Shown in pieces: positions 39,689-53,304 of a stretch of DNA of 64,000 nt. Positions within the stretch are counted from its first letter, which is position 1. Every line of letters starts with the position of its first letter. A program made the translations under genes and the position numbers. The notes under the pieces were generated by a model. That model saw nothing but the letters and a program-made list of their open reading frames with translations. It was not told where the DNA came from and made no database searches. Source of the DNA: Gnetum montanum. Lineage: Eukaryota > Plantae > Gnetophyta. The stretch is taken from NCBI GenBank assembly GCA_015680685.1, contig MNCI01000399.1, positions 103,044 through 167,043 on the forward strand, in the 5' to 3' direction.

Positions 39689-39795
39689 GGTAATGCTGAG
39701 AACTCCAGGATGATAATGGTGGGAGATGTTTTGAAAAAAATAAGCAGCCCTTATGGAAATGGAATGGTTGATGTTAACAATTTCTTTGATACAAT
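39689..39795 (+). CDS. LSF1: LSF1 exon 2
   Basis: Acceptor TGAAG|G. Reads GNAENSRMIMVGDVLKKISSPYGNGMVDVNNFFDT (LSF1: SNAEKARIIMVGDTLKKAS). Donor AT|GTAAG. Not in the ORF track. Confidence 0.92.
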
Positions 39796-40190
39796 GTAAG
39801 TTTTTAAAATTTTTATTTTCATACTAGTTCTTATTTGAATTTGTCATACATTTGATATTAGCAAATAATAACAATGAGTTAAGTATCTATTTTAATTAAA
39901 ACTATTAACAATGGCATAATGACTGTCTTCCTTTATGATATGTTGATTTGCACTTGGAAATTTAAGCTTGTAGAGCGGTGAACAAGATCTGACTGGAAAC
40001 CCATAGTCTATAAGCTATTTAGCTGCAACCTATCACGACCTTGCTGTTAAATTTTTTTTAAATGTACATGAGTCTATAGTTACATGGGCAACTGGTGAAG
40101 ATGTGACACATGTAATGATGGATTGACTACAGAGCCTACGTACCTCCTCTCTTTCTTAGCTCAGGTTGTTGATGAGAGACCTTACCACTC

Positions 40191-41638
40191 TTTGTAATCC
40201 TAAGTATTGAAGCATCACTTGCTTATTTGTACTATGATATCTAACAATGAATATAACCTATCGTTTGGGGTCATAACTCTATGTTATTCTCAAATACCTG
40301 CCTCATCACCCAAAAGAAAGAGTATTTAGTTGTATATCATTTAATCCATAAAAAGGGTAGCTTTCTTTGATACCTTGTCAAGGTCATAATTAGCACAATT
40401 GTGTGACTCACTTGTTTTCAAATTTCAGTTTACAAACAACACCAATGGATGTGGTTGGGTGTATTCCTAGTCCTCCATGATGTTTTTGCCATACAAGATC
40501 ATTCACTGCATAATAGGCTTTAAACAATGGTTGGGAGTCAAAAATGTATAGGTTTCAACAACTTTGCCCATGCAATGTGGGGTTGCATTCCCACATTGAG
40601 TGCCATCCAACTTGAAGAATATGGTCACCATCTAGCCATGAGTTGGGTTATCTTTAGGTTCTAACTACACAAATAAGTCTTGTCTCAATGATGTGGAGCC
40701 TACCTCAAACAACTGTTAAAACTTTCCTTCTTACAAAGGATTGGAATACACACCTCTAAATTGGAGTTTGCTCAACTTTGGGAGGGGAAGACACCACAAG
40801 CTTGGGTTGTTGTCCAACAGGTAGCCTCAAGAGATCAGCTTTGAATTGCAAGTCCAAGGTGTTGCTGAAATCCTCCCACAAAAATCAGGAAATTGAATAA
40901 GCCAAACAGCCCCCAAAAATTAGTCACAATAGCCTTCAACAATAGTAGCAAAATAGCCCTCCCAAGAGCCCACAAGAACACTCAATACAGCCCAAGAGGT
41001 GGCTGAGAACAAGAAGGAACAATAACTCTCCCTCCTCTCCTTAAATTCTCACCTCAAACTAGCATAGTTTCTTTTACTTGGGCAATGGTATCTTTTTTTT
41101 TTGGAAAAAGGTGTCTTTGAGAGAAAACCCACCCTTCTATTTATAGGATGAAGGACATCTTATAGCTTGGACACAAAAGTCTACTTGATGGATCCAATCA
41201 CCTAATATTTTTTCTTTAAATTCATGGCATCTTTGACAATCAAACTCTCACTCAAGAAAGTAATATGTGAGTGGTTGTGTGAGAATGACATCACTCAAGA
41301 GGGTCACATGGGATTGAAAATGACAACACTTAAGAGGATCACATGCCCCTTATTAAATGAGTCCTTTGTCCCTTAGCCATCAATATGAAGTAACTCAGTA
41401 ATGTTAAAATTCATTTCATCTTATTTTGCACATCTCCAAAAGCCATAAACTTTTTATACATTTTACATATGTTGAGCTAATAAAAATACACACAAATGCC
41501 ATAGCTACTAAGGTAAAATTAAAAATTTATATTTTAATCAAACCAAAGAAACTATAGGTCCACAAGGTACTTTTATTTTTTATTTTTTTAAAAATACATA
41601 GAATGCTAAGGTCACATCTATAAATGTGGGGCACTACA
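40191..41638 (-). repeat. Probable solo LTR (a different gypsy family)
   Basis: Begins TGTAGTGCCCCACA on the minus strand at 41638. The 5-bp direct repeat CACTC flanks it at 40186-40190 and 41639-41643. CTATAAATAG occurs on the minus strand near 41140. The other terminus is imperfect. Confidence 0.55.
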
Positions 41639-41779
41639 CACTCAAAGAGGAGGTGCAAGCTTAGATGAAGTTGTTTTACTTTTCTAGCTCTATGCAGTTT
41701 TTACATTTATCTCATTTTTGTTTGGGTCAATTTCTTGTCTATGGTTGATCTGTTTGTGTGATCAATATCTACGACATTG

Positions 41780-42550
41780 ATAGCTAGCATGATTTTGAAA
41801 AAGGTGTAAAAGATGATCATAGCAACTGGAGTTGAATGCTTCATAGTTGAGATCTTTAAGTCTAATAATGATTTTCCATGATACATATTTATTTGGAGTC
41901 AAATTAACATTAGTACTAGAATTCTGGATATCATTCTTTATTTTTGCAAACCAAGTATGTTTTGGTCTACTTCTTTGTTGTTTTCCCCTTAAAGTTACAT
42001 CTTCTAATAGGTGCACTCTCACTCTTTGGTGTTGTTATCGTATGAACAAACCATTTGAGACAAAATTTTCTTAATCTTTTCCTCTCTAGGTGCTAGTCCC
42101 AAACTTTTCTTAGTAAAAGAGGAGTTGATTTAATCTTTCCTAGTGACACCCAGTAGCCATTATAGCATAGACCTCTACCATGTGCATTTGTCAGGCTTGA
42201 TGTCTTTTTTTTGGATAGGCCAGCACCATAAAGGAGTGCAAGTGTAATTGTAGTTTTGTAGAACTTTCCCTTCAACCTAGTAGATATTATTTTATCACAA
42301 AGCATACCATTAGCTTCTTACCATTTCATCTATACTGCTTCAATTTTGTTTGTCATATCTTTGTTAATCTTACCATCCATGCAATACAAGTGATCTCATG
42401 TATCTAAAGTGCTTATTTTTTATAACTTCTTGGTTTTGAATATAAATCTTCATATATTAATTCCTCACTTTTCCACCAAAAATACATTTCATGTATTCTG
42501 TGTTAATAATAGTAATCCTTAATTCCAATGATTCTAGGGTAGTTCTGCAA
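41780..42550 (-). mobile_element. RTE-clade LINE 3' remnant
   Basis: LCDKIISTRLKGKFYKTTITLALLYGA and RGKQQRSRPKHTW match the C-terminal signature of plant RTE RT. Confidence 0.8.
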
Positions 42551-43092
42551 GTCTCCATTTTCATAACCAAGGTTTGTTATATTTATGATGTTTTGGATCA
42601 TGGAAGTAAAAATTGGTTCAGCAAGTATGAAAGCAGTTTTGAAGGATAGATTGTTGGATCTAATCTATGGCTATCAGGCTTTGGAGAATAAGCTTATTTA
42701 TTATGAAGCAATTCTTGAATTTTTCGTGATTGCAATTTGTAAAAATATTGGTGGAATGTATCTATATAATTCGGCACAGTGGGCTGACTTGGTAGGCGAA
42801 ACTGCTGAGGACATGAAAGATAAAACAAAGGTTGAAAATTTGATTGATTTAAATTGATCAGTCAAGAGTCATACCTGAAAATAGAAATAAGTTACGTTAA
42901 TAGAGTCCCATAAAAGAAGTGTTAAACATTAATGCATGTTCTAAAACAAAGTTTTAGCTTCTTGTTTAATCATTTTCATTACAATAGTATTGTTAGAAAG
43001 TTTTCTGCTTTTTTCTAAAGTATCACTGATATGTAACATTTTTTATTTTTCATTTTTTAAACTTTATGTAACACATAAATGATACATTTCAG

Positions 43093-43573
43093 GGAGTCTA
43101 TCAGAGAAATTAATGGATCAGTGAATTTGATACTTGAGAGGCCTGTAATACCATTTCCAATCCAAAAATTTCCATTAGCGGATCTAGGAGCTTCTTATAA
43201 TTGTGGTAAGGTTTCTTGTGCTATATGGGACCAAACATGTCTTACACATGCTCTTCAGCCAGAGAATGCAAAATGTGCGAATGTTGGCTTTGTTTTTTAC
43301 TCACCAAAGTTTCTTAATCCCAAGGGATGGAATGCTTTGAAAAAAGAAGGAAAACATCTAAGAGATGACAGAGAAATATACATAAATGCATCAAAAAGAG
43401 GTTCTCATGTGCTTCCCTCCGATGATATTGTTGCTTTATGTTATGAGGAAGAGCCAACGGAGGGTTTAGAATGGTCGTATGGAAGCTTTCCAATCGATGA
43501 ATACATGAATGCACTAAGGAGATCTGAAGGAGAGTTACGTTACAATCATTCCCTGGGCATGAAGTGTACAAAG
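43093..43573 (+). CDS. LSF1: LSF1 exon 3
   Basis: Acceptor TTTCAG|G completes ATG. Reads ...LILERPVIPFPIQ...EWSYGSFPIDEYMNALRRSEGELRYNHSLGMKCTK. Donor AAG|GTGATA. Confidence 0.95.
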
Positions 43574-46500
43574 GTGATATCTTTTTAGTTTTTATTCAGT
43601 TGCCACATATTCCAGTATGGTTTTTTTTTTTAAAACAGAAATGAGTATTGAAGGTTTAGTATTGTAATTACACTTCCATGCTTTAATTAATCACAACATG
43701 ACAATTTAGTCTATGTATTTTGTTTTGAACACGCTAATTTATCATTCTTTTGAACAATTTGTTTTATCAACAACTTTACACATAAAGCAGGTAGCAAGAA
43801 TTTAAGGTAGGATTATTAATATTTTATGAATGCATATACATTGCTTTTGATGCAGCCTACTTATCATGAGATGTTAAGCCATGAAATGTACCACCCTCCT
43901 TTGTATTCTTCTAGGGCGGGAATTTATATTGGTAGATCTTTTAAATTTGTGATTAAAAATTCAGTGGTACCTTTAAAATCTCAGGGAAAAGGTTGCCTTT
44001 GCAGGGCACCAATATTTTCCTTTTTTAATTAAAAGTGGCTTTTTCTTTGCTGTTATATTCCAATTTTTGGTAGCTTTTTTTTTTGACATTTTTTTCAAAA
44101 AAAAAAAAGCTTGTATTTTCCTGTGACTTTTTGAAATCACAGGTGTTTTTTTGGGCCGTCAAACTTTGACTTTTGCCGACTTTTCAAAATAGTTTCACAC
44201 CGTAACCCAATAACTTTTCTGAGTCTGATTCATGCCCTATAAGAACTCAATAGCGAAAAAATAAACTTGCAATTGGTTGTTTCTTCTTCATCATCCTTGC
44301 ATTGTTTCAACGGTCATGGGTTGGCAAAAATCTCTTTAAAGAAAAAAAAAACTTGCAATTGGTTGCATGTAGTTGTAAAATTGATTTTCTGCCTTCGTAC
44401 AATCTGGATTTCTGCCACATATTATGAAGAACAAGGAATTTCTGCTCCACATACCATGACTAATAATTTAGGGCATCAATGTTCTACTTCAATGTTCTGT
44501 TCTAATGATTTCAAGGTTGTGCTAGATAAATCTCTTTCCAGTATGTTCTAATCTTTGTCCCCGCTTTAGGACACTTGACATCAGGTAGAGAAGATTCTAA
44601 TATGTAATTCTACAATCTAACTCAACCAAAGCATGCCTGTGTAAACAAGTTACAGTTCTTTTTCTTTGTTTTTGCCATTATTATGTATGTGTAAGAGGTA
44701 ACAATGTTTGATGTTGATGCTAGTGTGTACATGGAAAAATTTATTTATATAAATATACTTAGCGAACTTTTTTATTACAATTTGTTGCTATCTTGATAGC
44801 TCAGCAATTTAAATCCCATGAAACAAATTGTATAATGGGTTGTCTTAAAATATGATTTTGGTCGAGAGGCCAACTCATCTCGCAGGATAGGGGGAGGGGG
44901 GAGTGCATTTGTCGCCCTCCATGTCATGTGCCACGTAAGGTCCCATGAAATGGGAAAAAACATGAATCGAAGAGCCACACCTTTTCATATTCCCGTTGCA
45001 CAGAATGTGAACCAAAGAGCCATAGCTTTTCATATTTCCGCTGCACACATAAAAAGGCCAAACGCAACCAAATGCAGAATGGGAATGGGAATGAGAATGA
45101 GAATTCTATTTCCATTCTGTCTTCGTCTCCATCTGCAACTGCTGTTGCAGGCCACCTAGCCCAACCGAACCAGCTTTGATGACGCCAGCTTCAGAGCTCT
45201 GCTAGAGCGTTGGAAAGGCACATATGATGGTGGCCCATGCTTTAGCTATAATAACAAGCTCATTGACATGTGCTTCTTCAACCAAGGTAGTAATAAGGCA
45301 ATAGGCCAGTCGTCCCTTGCTGCATCCTTGCTTAACACTGAAGGCCACGACATGCACACATCATCGACAATCATAATACAATTTTTGTTATAATAGCTAA
45401 AAGATTCCTTCATTTAGGTTTCTTTTTTTTGGATAAAATTTATATATGAATTAGGCCAATATGTTTCTTGAGTAGTTTTGTTTGAATGTATGTTTTAAGC
45501 ATTAAATTTTGCAGATAGGGGTAGGATGAGGGGTAGAGCCAGAGGCATTTGAGGAAAGATGGTAATGGCTACAGTTGAAGTTGTAGCCCTAGGGGAAGTG
45601 TCTTCTGAAGTTTTTGTGTCAACAATAGCCTTTGGTTATTGGAATCTTTTTCTAGAAACAAACTTTCTGCTAGTCTTTTTATGTGTGTTTTTGTTAATTT
45701 TTTTATAGTGAATTGTAACGTGTTGAACATTACATTTTGATGGTTTTGTGCAATTTTCATAGTTTCACTTCAAGTTGAGCTCTTCTGTCATCAGTACTTA
45801 GCATGCCTTCCTATACATTTGCATTCCCAATGCAAAAACATTCCAAAGTTTGGTTCTGTTCTTTTTTCAATGTTTTCTGGAGTGGCAGGGAATTATGAAA
45901 TTGTAATTTTTTGCTACTATCTTGAGTAATCTTCTTTTGCTACACCCTTTTTCAATGTAAAGGAACATTTGTAAGTTCATTTTCTCTTTATCTCATTGTA
46001 TATTTTATGTAGGTTTTATCATTTATATGGTTGTGTTTTGAAATTCAGCAGTTACCATGGAGTAGATGCATTCAGTTGTTACGATTGTGACTGCTTTTTT
46101 GTGTGCAATATGCATTTTAATAAAATGCAAAAGCGTTAGCATTTTTGCTAGCACATGAAAATTATTAGCCAATTTGAGATGTTGGCCTGACTTCGGTCAT
46201 AATTTTAACAATTTTTCCTACTTATTGGGAGGACTTAAAGAGTTCAAATTTGATAATTTCTTCTTACCTTCTCGCATGTAGTGAGGCCTTTTCTTTATGT
46301 ACATATTCTTTGATTGATGGAATCTAATGGATGATATGGTTGTTAACCTGGTAAATTTTAAAAACGAGAACTTCTGCATCTCTGACAGCCTAGACCCTGG
46401 GAAGATCTCCGACAAGATCATGCTGTGATGATTCTAGCTAATGTCGAGGAAAATGGTGACGAGCTCTCTGTCGACGCACATGTCTTGCCATAATCATAAA

Positions 46501-47121
46501 TAACCAATTATTTATAAATCTCCCCTGGCCAAAGAGTCATTGCAGGGGAGCCAATGATTATATTTATCTTGGTTATTCATAATTTCGATTATATATAATG
46601 ACATATTTATAATCATAAACATAAATGATTATATATAATGATTATAAACATTTCATCATAAATAAAGTCGGTTATTTATAATCATTTCATTATATATATC
46701 TTATGGATAATGCTAACTGAGATATAATCATTATGGTTAGCATTATGAATGAATAAATAATATCTCTAAAATTATGGATTATAAGCAGTATTTCATTATA
46801 TCTTGACTTTATTTATTATGAAATATTTACCATTCGAATGAATCTTATAATCCATAATATTGCAGATTATAATTATGGATTATTGCTCTAATTATAATAA
46901 TCTCATAACATTTATTCGATTCCACAATAATTATAATATAATAATTATGAATGAGGTGTTAGCATTATTCATATTTTGTCCATTGTAACAATAATGTCAA
47001 TATACAAAAGCACGTGATATAATAATAACATTATTTATGCATTTGTAACGTGATTTTTTATATCTCCATGAACGAATATGCATTACAAATATATGTTACA
47101 GTGCCAATTTAGTTTGATCTT

Positions 47122-47365
47122 TTTGTATTCTCTCACCCGCATGCGCCACATGCATGGGAGCTAAAGAATTAGTGCAGGGGAGTTGAATCTCTACTTGATT
47201 AATGCCCCCTAAGCCCTGAGCTTCTCATTCGTCTCTTTGTATTCTCTCACATGCACGCACCACATGCAAGGGAGCCAAAGAGTCATTACAGGGGAGCCGA
47301 ATTTCTATTCAATTGACGCTTCTTGACCCTTGGGCTCCCCATTCATCTCTTCGTATTCCCTCACG
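47122..47365 (+). repeat. Tandem repeat of about 114 bp (2 full units and 1 partial)
   Basis: TTTGTATTCTCTCAC..CACATGCA.GGGAGC.AAAGA at 47122 and 47236, partial at about 47350. A related motif occurs at about 46530. Confidence 0.75.
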
Positions 47366-47559
47366 CATAGGGCCCGATGTGGGTAATAATGAATATTTAT
47401 TATTATTATAAATGGTGATGGTTACGATTACAGTAATAATGAATATTTATTACTATTATAAACGATGACAAATATGGTTATAGTAACGGTTACGATCATG
47501 GCAACGGTTAAGGTGATGATGGTTATGATGTGATGTAGTATTTAAAGATATTGAACTTA

Positions 47560-48882
47560 GGCATTGTGTTACAAGATTAAGAGGTGCAATATTGAAATTC
47601 ATGCATTTTTAGAAACATGGATTCTGCTGCTATTAGTCCCAATAGAGAAAGTGAAGAACACTTTTTTCAAGATCAACAACAACAGACATCTACTACAACA
47701 AGTAATGCAACAACTATCTACTGCAACAAGTAATGCAATCTCTGCTTGTATGTGAAGGTGCAAGGGTAATGCTTACAGTTAACCTTTGGCCTGAAGCAGG
47801 ATTGGTGAATGGTGCACTTGGCATAATTCACAATATTATGTATCTTTAAGGTAAATAGCCACCTACATTACCATTATATGTTGTTGTTGATTTTGACTCC
47901 TACATCGGATGTGCCTTTAATAATTGTAATCCTCATTATGTGCCAATTGTACCTGTGGTCCAAGGAGCATCTCATCAGTCACCATTACGGTTGGCATGGG
48001 CCATAACTATTCATAAATCTCAAGGAATGACACTAAATAAGACTACTATTCACATTGGTTCAAGAAAAGTTATGAGTTTAACGTTTGTTGCATTATTTAG
48101 AGTCAAGACCATTGATTCTTTAAAGATTCATCCTCTTTTTTATGTGCAAAGATACAGAAAGATTTTAGATGTTAAACATCTCCAAAGTAGAATTGCACAA
48201 GAAGTTTGTTTTGCTTAGTTGGAGAATTAGGCATATTGAGTTCACACTTATTATAGTTACCTTTTGCTCAATCCTATTATACAGCTCTGTAATGTTTGTT
48301 GCAATAATTGTGCAATGTATTCCTTCATCAACATATACGAAATATATAAATTTTTATTTTAACCAATTTATGTTTACCAGTATATATTATTTGGAATGCA
48401 AATAGTGATGATAACTTAAAAAATAAAAAAAATAATTAAATTCTACTCATAGCCCACGAGCTCCACAAGAGAACTTACGGGTCTAACGTTTATTGCATTA
48501 TCTAGAGTCAAGACCATTGATTCTTTAAAGATTCATCATTCTTTCCATGTGCAAAGATATAGAAAAATTTCAGATGCTAAACATCTTCAAGTAGAATTGC
48601 ACAGGAAGTTCGTTTTGCTCAATTAGAGGATTAGGTATATTAAGTTCACACTTATCATTGTTTTTTGCCTTTTGCTCAATCCTATTATACAGCTCTGTAA
48701 TGTTTGTTGCAATAATTGTGCAATGTATTCTTTCATCAACATATATGAAATATATAAACTTTTAGTTTAACCAATTTATGTTTAACAATATATATTATTT
48801 GGAATGGAAATAGAGATAATAACTAAAAAAATAAAAAAAAATAATTAAATTTTACTCATAGCCCGCGAAACCACTCCACTAG
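47560..48882 (+). mobile_element. Helitron-type PIF1 helicase C-terminal fragment with duplicated 3' end
   Basis: GARVMLTVNLWPEAGLVNGALG...PLRLAWAITIHKSQGMTL..LTFVALFRV are PIF1 motifs V/VI. Ends ...CCACTAG at 48882. The element probably extends 5' to about 46200, boundary unresolved. Confidence 0.75.
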
Positions 48883-49350
48883 CTTATATATATATATATA
48901 TATCTATCTATCTATAAATTGGCCGAGATTATTAAAAAAAAATTATGTTAACCAAGCCCTACTACTCAACGAGGTAACAAGATAACTAAAAACGGAATCA
49001 CTCATCCTTTTTTTGTTTCTCTACCACTTACCCAATTTAGTTTTATCCTCTTGGTCAAATTTGCTTTTTCTTTGTTTGTTCATGACGTCTTTTAACATTA
49101 TTTATGCAAGAGATTTATTTAGCATTATTTATGCAAGAGATTTATTTCTCAAAAACGCCATGAACAAAGAAAGAAAGAGCAAACTTGACCGAGAGGGTAA
49201 AACTAAATTGGGTAAGTGGTAGAGAAACAGAGGAGGGATGAGTGATTTCGTTTTTAGTTATCTTGTTACCTCATCCAGTAGTTGGGCTTGGTTAACATCA
49301 TTTTTTTTAAAATCATCTTGGCCACCATATATATATATATATAAGCTAGT
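48878..49350. repeat. Foldback/MITE-like long inverted repeat
   Basis: Arms of about 200 bp (48878-49092 and 49151-49350) are reverse complements, with ends ACTAGCTTATATA / TATATAAGCTAGT. The loop holds a 25-bp direct duplication. Confidence 0.9.
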
Positions 49351-51375
49351 ATATATGTCTTTCATTGTAGCCTGGTAATTTGACCATTTGATTTATTTGG
49401 AGAATTCTATTTTTGTATATTCACTACTCTTAAATTATTCTACCAAATGAGAGTTTATTCAAAAGACATTGTCCTTATTCTACCAAACCATATCTATAAA
49501 TGAACAAGCTTTCCAAAGAGGGATGAAAACTTGTCAATAACTAAATAAACGTAGACCTTTTTGCAGAGGAAGTGAAAATAGACCAGCAGGTAATATATAT
49601 ATTTTTACTATCTAGAAGCTTGGCTACACACAAAAACGTTGCTGAAAAAAACATGCTTACAGCTATATTGTCAAACAGAATCACAAAGATGTAGAAGCAA
49701 GTTAGCAAAATCAGGGTACATTTGCTGAAGAGAAAACAAGAGAATGAATCAAACACTTATGTCCAAAAATACTCATATCTAGAACTGATCTTCATGATAC
49801 AGTATTACAAATTTTATAATAAAGACGAGCAAGAGCAGCATGTTTTGAAAGCTACTAGAGCTTACCAACCAAAAAAGACTAAAAAAGAGGGAAGAACATC
49901 TGTTACAAACTAAAAAGAATATAGAATAGCAGACAGTTCTACCTCTTCGAAGATAATTATGGAAAGCCACAACATTAACACTCTACTGCTGTCACTCCAA
50001 ACTGGTAAGAACACTCAATTATAAGACTTGAAAAATGAATTTCATTTGTTGTATCGGACACCAAAAATAATTCAATATTATCATGAAGCAATGGGCAAAG
50101 AAAATTCTAAAAATAAAATACTGCAAGTTAAACAAAGTTATTATTGACTATTGAGGAAAACACAGAGCAACAGTCAAGGCTCAAATATATAAAATTAGCA
50201 CGTTAAATGAAGAAGGTATACATGAGATTGTACACCTAGAAATGAGAAATCAGAAAAAAAAAATGGAAAAACGATGGAACAAGATAAATAACAGACCCAA
50301 GGCAAAGTGATCTAATGTCCTCATCATCACTATCATTGTCACTGTCAAATTCATCATATTCTACAGGATCACCTGAAAAATCATCATAATCATTAATTTG
50401 TACATTATAAGTGCTTGGAGGCTTTGAAGTAGAAGAAGTAGCTTTTTTACAAATTTTCATTAAAATTTTTATCTTTAATTAAGATTGAGGATGTCTGAAT
50501 TTAATTTTTTCAATTGAAATAAATTATATTTTTTTGCTACTTTTTTGAAAAAGTCAGCTGAAAAAGTCACACCGAATTGGTAACTTTTTCATCATGAAAA
50601 AGTTGGTGACTTTTTAATCACTGGTGTTAACCAAATGCATCTGCAAGAAACTTGTGAAGTATGGAGAAAAATATAGAAGACCTGATACAAGTAGTTCTGT
50701 ATTTACCTGGTGTGAAACAGCATTGAGTGGGTTGGCAGAAGACAAAAGGACTTCAAAGGATGAGAGCAAGTTGTTTGGCAGAATGCCAAAAGGCTTGCAA
50801 AACAAGGAGGCAGTAATGGACATCCAGGAGCATTCTGCTCCACATGGATGACCATGAACTCCACAACCTATCAAAAGCCATCACTGGTGTTTTCAGTATT
50901 GTACCTAAAAGTCTGTTAAATGCTGAATTCTGAATCTAAATATGCAAGATGTTAACTACTCGTCTGCTAATTTAATTGTTCGTTGTTGACCAAATCAACA
51001 GTTAACTAAACATTACTTTGATTGTATGCACAACTCTAACAAAACAATGATCACACATAAATTAATTTTTCAAGGACAGTGAAAAATTGTTGGAAATGTC
51101 AAATGTCATGAAAGTGATTGTTTTAATTACTGTCCAAACAATTTGACATTGTTTTGATTCATTTGTAGATTGGTGCTTGATAACCTTTTTTTTAAGGTGA
51201 AAATTTTGATCCTCTCATATTGGTTGATAGTTAAGAATTCAAGAATAATCTCATTGCATTTCAGATTTTATTTTATAAACCTAATCTCTTTTTACTTTTT
51301 TAAAAGAGGGTAAAAAACGCTCTCCTTCACTATATGTTGTTTGTTTTGTAATGTTAGACAATCTTCATTTTGCAG

Positions 51376-51447
51376 ATTACAGATCGAATTCATATTGGAT
51401 CTTGTATACAGAATGCTGAGGATGTAGCTGTTCTATCAAGCTCAATA
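51376..51447 (+). CDS. LSF1: LSF1 exon 4 (start of DSP domain)
   Basis: Acceptor TTTGCAG|ATT. Reads ITDRIHIGSCIQNAEDVAVLSSSI (LSF1: ITEQIYVGSCIQTEEDV). Donor ATA|GTATGT. 72 nt, phase 0/0. Confidence 0.92.
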
Positions 51448-52576
51448 GTATGTTTTTGTTGTTTATATTTTTTTGTTATTTATTTTATTTTGAAAATGAT
51501 TGATGGTTTTATTTTTAGTTGAAAAAGTTCTACTACGGATCAATGGATTGATTCTGAATATACGGCTCATAATTCAAAAAGGATAATACAGAAGTTTGAG
51601 GCTAACTTAGTTTTCAAAGCCTTATACTTTGTTCTTGGTTAATGGTGGAAAAAATCTAGGCCTCAAAGATAAATTGAAATGCTTTTAGTTTTAAGTTGGT
51701 GAGTGAAAGAATTTGGATATTAATGACATAAAGAGGATTTGATGTTCAGTTTCTAGTTAGTATCATGAAGGCCCCTTGCAAGCACACCACCTATACTGTA
51801 ATGTTTACTGTTTTTGTGAACCTACTTTTTTTTTTTTTGTATTTTAATGCATAGTATATTAGCTGCTTGTTTTGTCAACAGTGCAAATAATTTAAGATGG
51901 AGATGAAGGCAAAAACAACTATTACACTTTGCTGGATGTTCACTGGAATGTGTTGACTATATAAAATTAACATGCATAAGAAATGTGTTAATTGTAGAAC
52001 CGTATTGAGCAGCTTGCTAATCAGTTGGACCAGTGACACCATCTAAATTAGTAACATTCTTTATTGGAATACGGGTAGCAAACTCCAGGTATTCTTAATT
52101 TAACCCTAGTGCTTTCCAATGACTTGTCATCAGTATGTAAATAAACTTGGTTGTGGTTTACCTCTTCATCTTCTCCTTCATTTGCTTTTCCATTATCAGT
52201 AGGTGGACCTTCCTTTTGAGGAGCACAGGTGATCTAAGATTCTTAACAATAGCTTTAACAAGAATATACATATTTCTAGCCTTTTATTGATTGGGTCATA
52301 ACAGTTGGTCTCTTTCAAAGTGCCATATAAATTTTCAGTCAAGCACAACACAAATCTGGAAATGATATTAGGATTTGTTATTCTTCCAATACCAAAGAAG
52401 CAATTTCCTAATAATTAACACAAGATTACATCCATTTGCAAGGGAGGAACTCAAACTCTAGAATTCTTCATGCTTATCTATGGGCTTGTGTCGTAGGAAT
52501 CACTTGATACTTTGACAAGTTTTGTTTTCATTACCTTCTTGTGTTTTTGATTGCAATCAATGAATAAAAGGTTGGG

Positions 52577-53304
52577 TACGTCAAGATAGATGGGTTCTCC
52601 TTCTGGCGATGCCGATGCTTTGGGCACATCAACAACCATGGAGCTAGCTTGGCATGATTGCACATGCTCTAGCAGCAGAACATTACTAGAGGTGCATCAC
52701 ACTGTTGTTGGGCAGGCATAGATGGAGGAGGGAGTGTAGTGGCAACATTGGTGGGAGGAGATGCGACAGCAAGCTCGGAGGGAGGCAAATGCGGCAAGAT
52801 TATAGGATATTCAATGGATGGAGGCGGTTCTCACGGAACACCACATGGGCCTGGCACAACTAATCGTCACGAATCAGGTCATTGCGCTTGGGCCAGGGAC
52901 TACAACACAACAAATGATGATAACGGTTGTGTTGGGAACTTCAGTGGGGGTCGGGGCTTGGGGGGNTGCTCCAGCAGGCCAACATTGCCTCAACCCTGGA
53001 TACATCTTGTTAAGGGTACATGGCCTTTGAGGACCTGTGGGGTGGGGGGTGGGGGAGGAACTAACTGCTAGGAAAATGAATAAATGAATTAATCTTCTAT
53101 TTCCCATGGGGACATTATATGTTTGGCTTCCTTGTCATGTGAATTCCAGTCCTTGAGTGATGGGTGGGATTGCTATGGGGATGGTGTGTAGGTGCTCACA
53201 ACATGGGCATGTGGTTGAGGTTTTCTGGTGACAAGGGGCCCACGATGTACATTTGTACCTTTATTTTTTGGATTAATACAAGCTCGAATACTTTTCCAAA
53301 AAAA
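52577..53304 (+). mobile_element. 5'-truncated LINE 3' fragment with poly(A) and TSD
   Basis: TSD AAAAGGTTGGG at 52566-52576 and 53305-53315. Short coiled-coil-like coding (WWEEMRQQARREANAARL). The 3' end CGAATACTTTTCC(A)n resembles the J-LINE end CGACTACTTTC(A)n. Confidence 0.75.

Noticed and set aside
43948-50623. Possible hAT-like element with TIRs GTGATTAAAAA(T/G)TC and AAAGTC subterminal repeats enclosing the Helitron
   Set aside because: The TIR match is short and imperfect, with no TSD and no transposase motif, so it is too weak to call.
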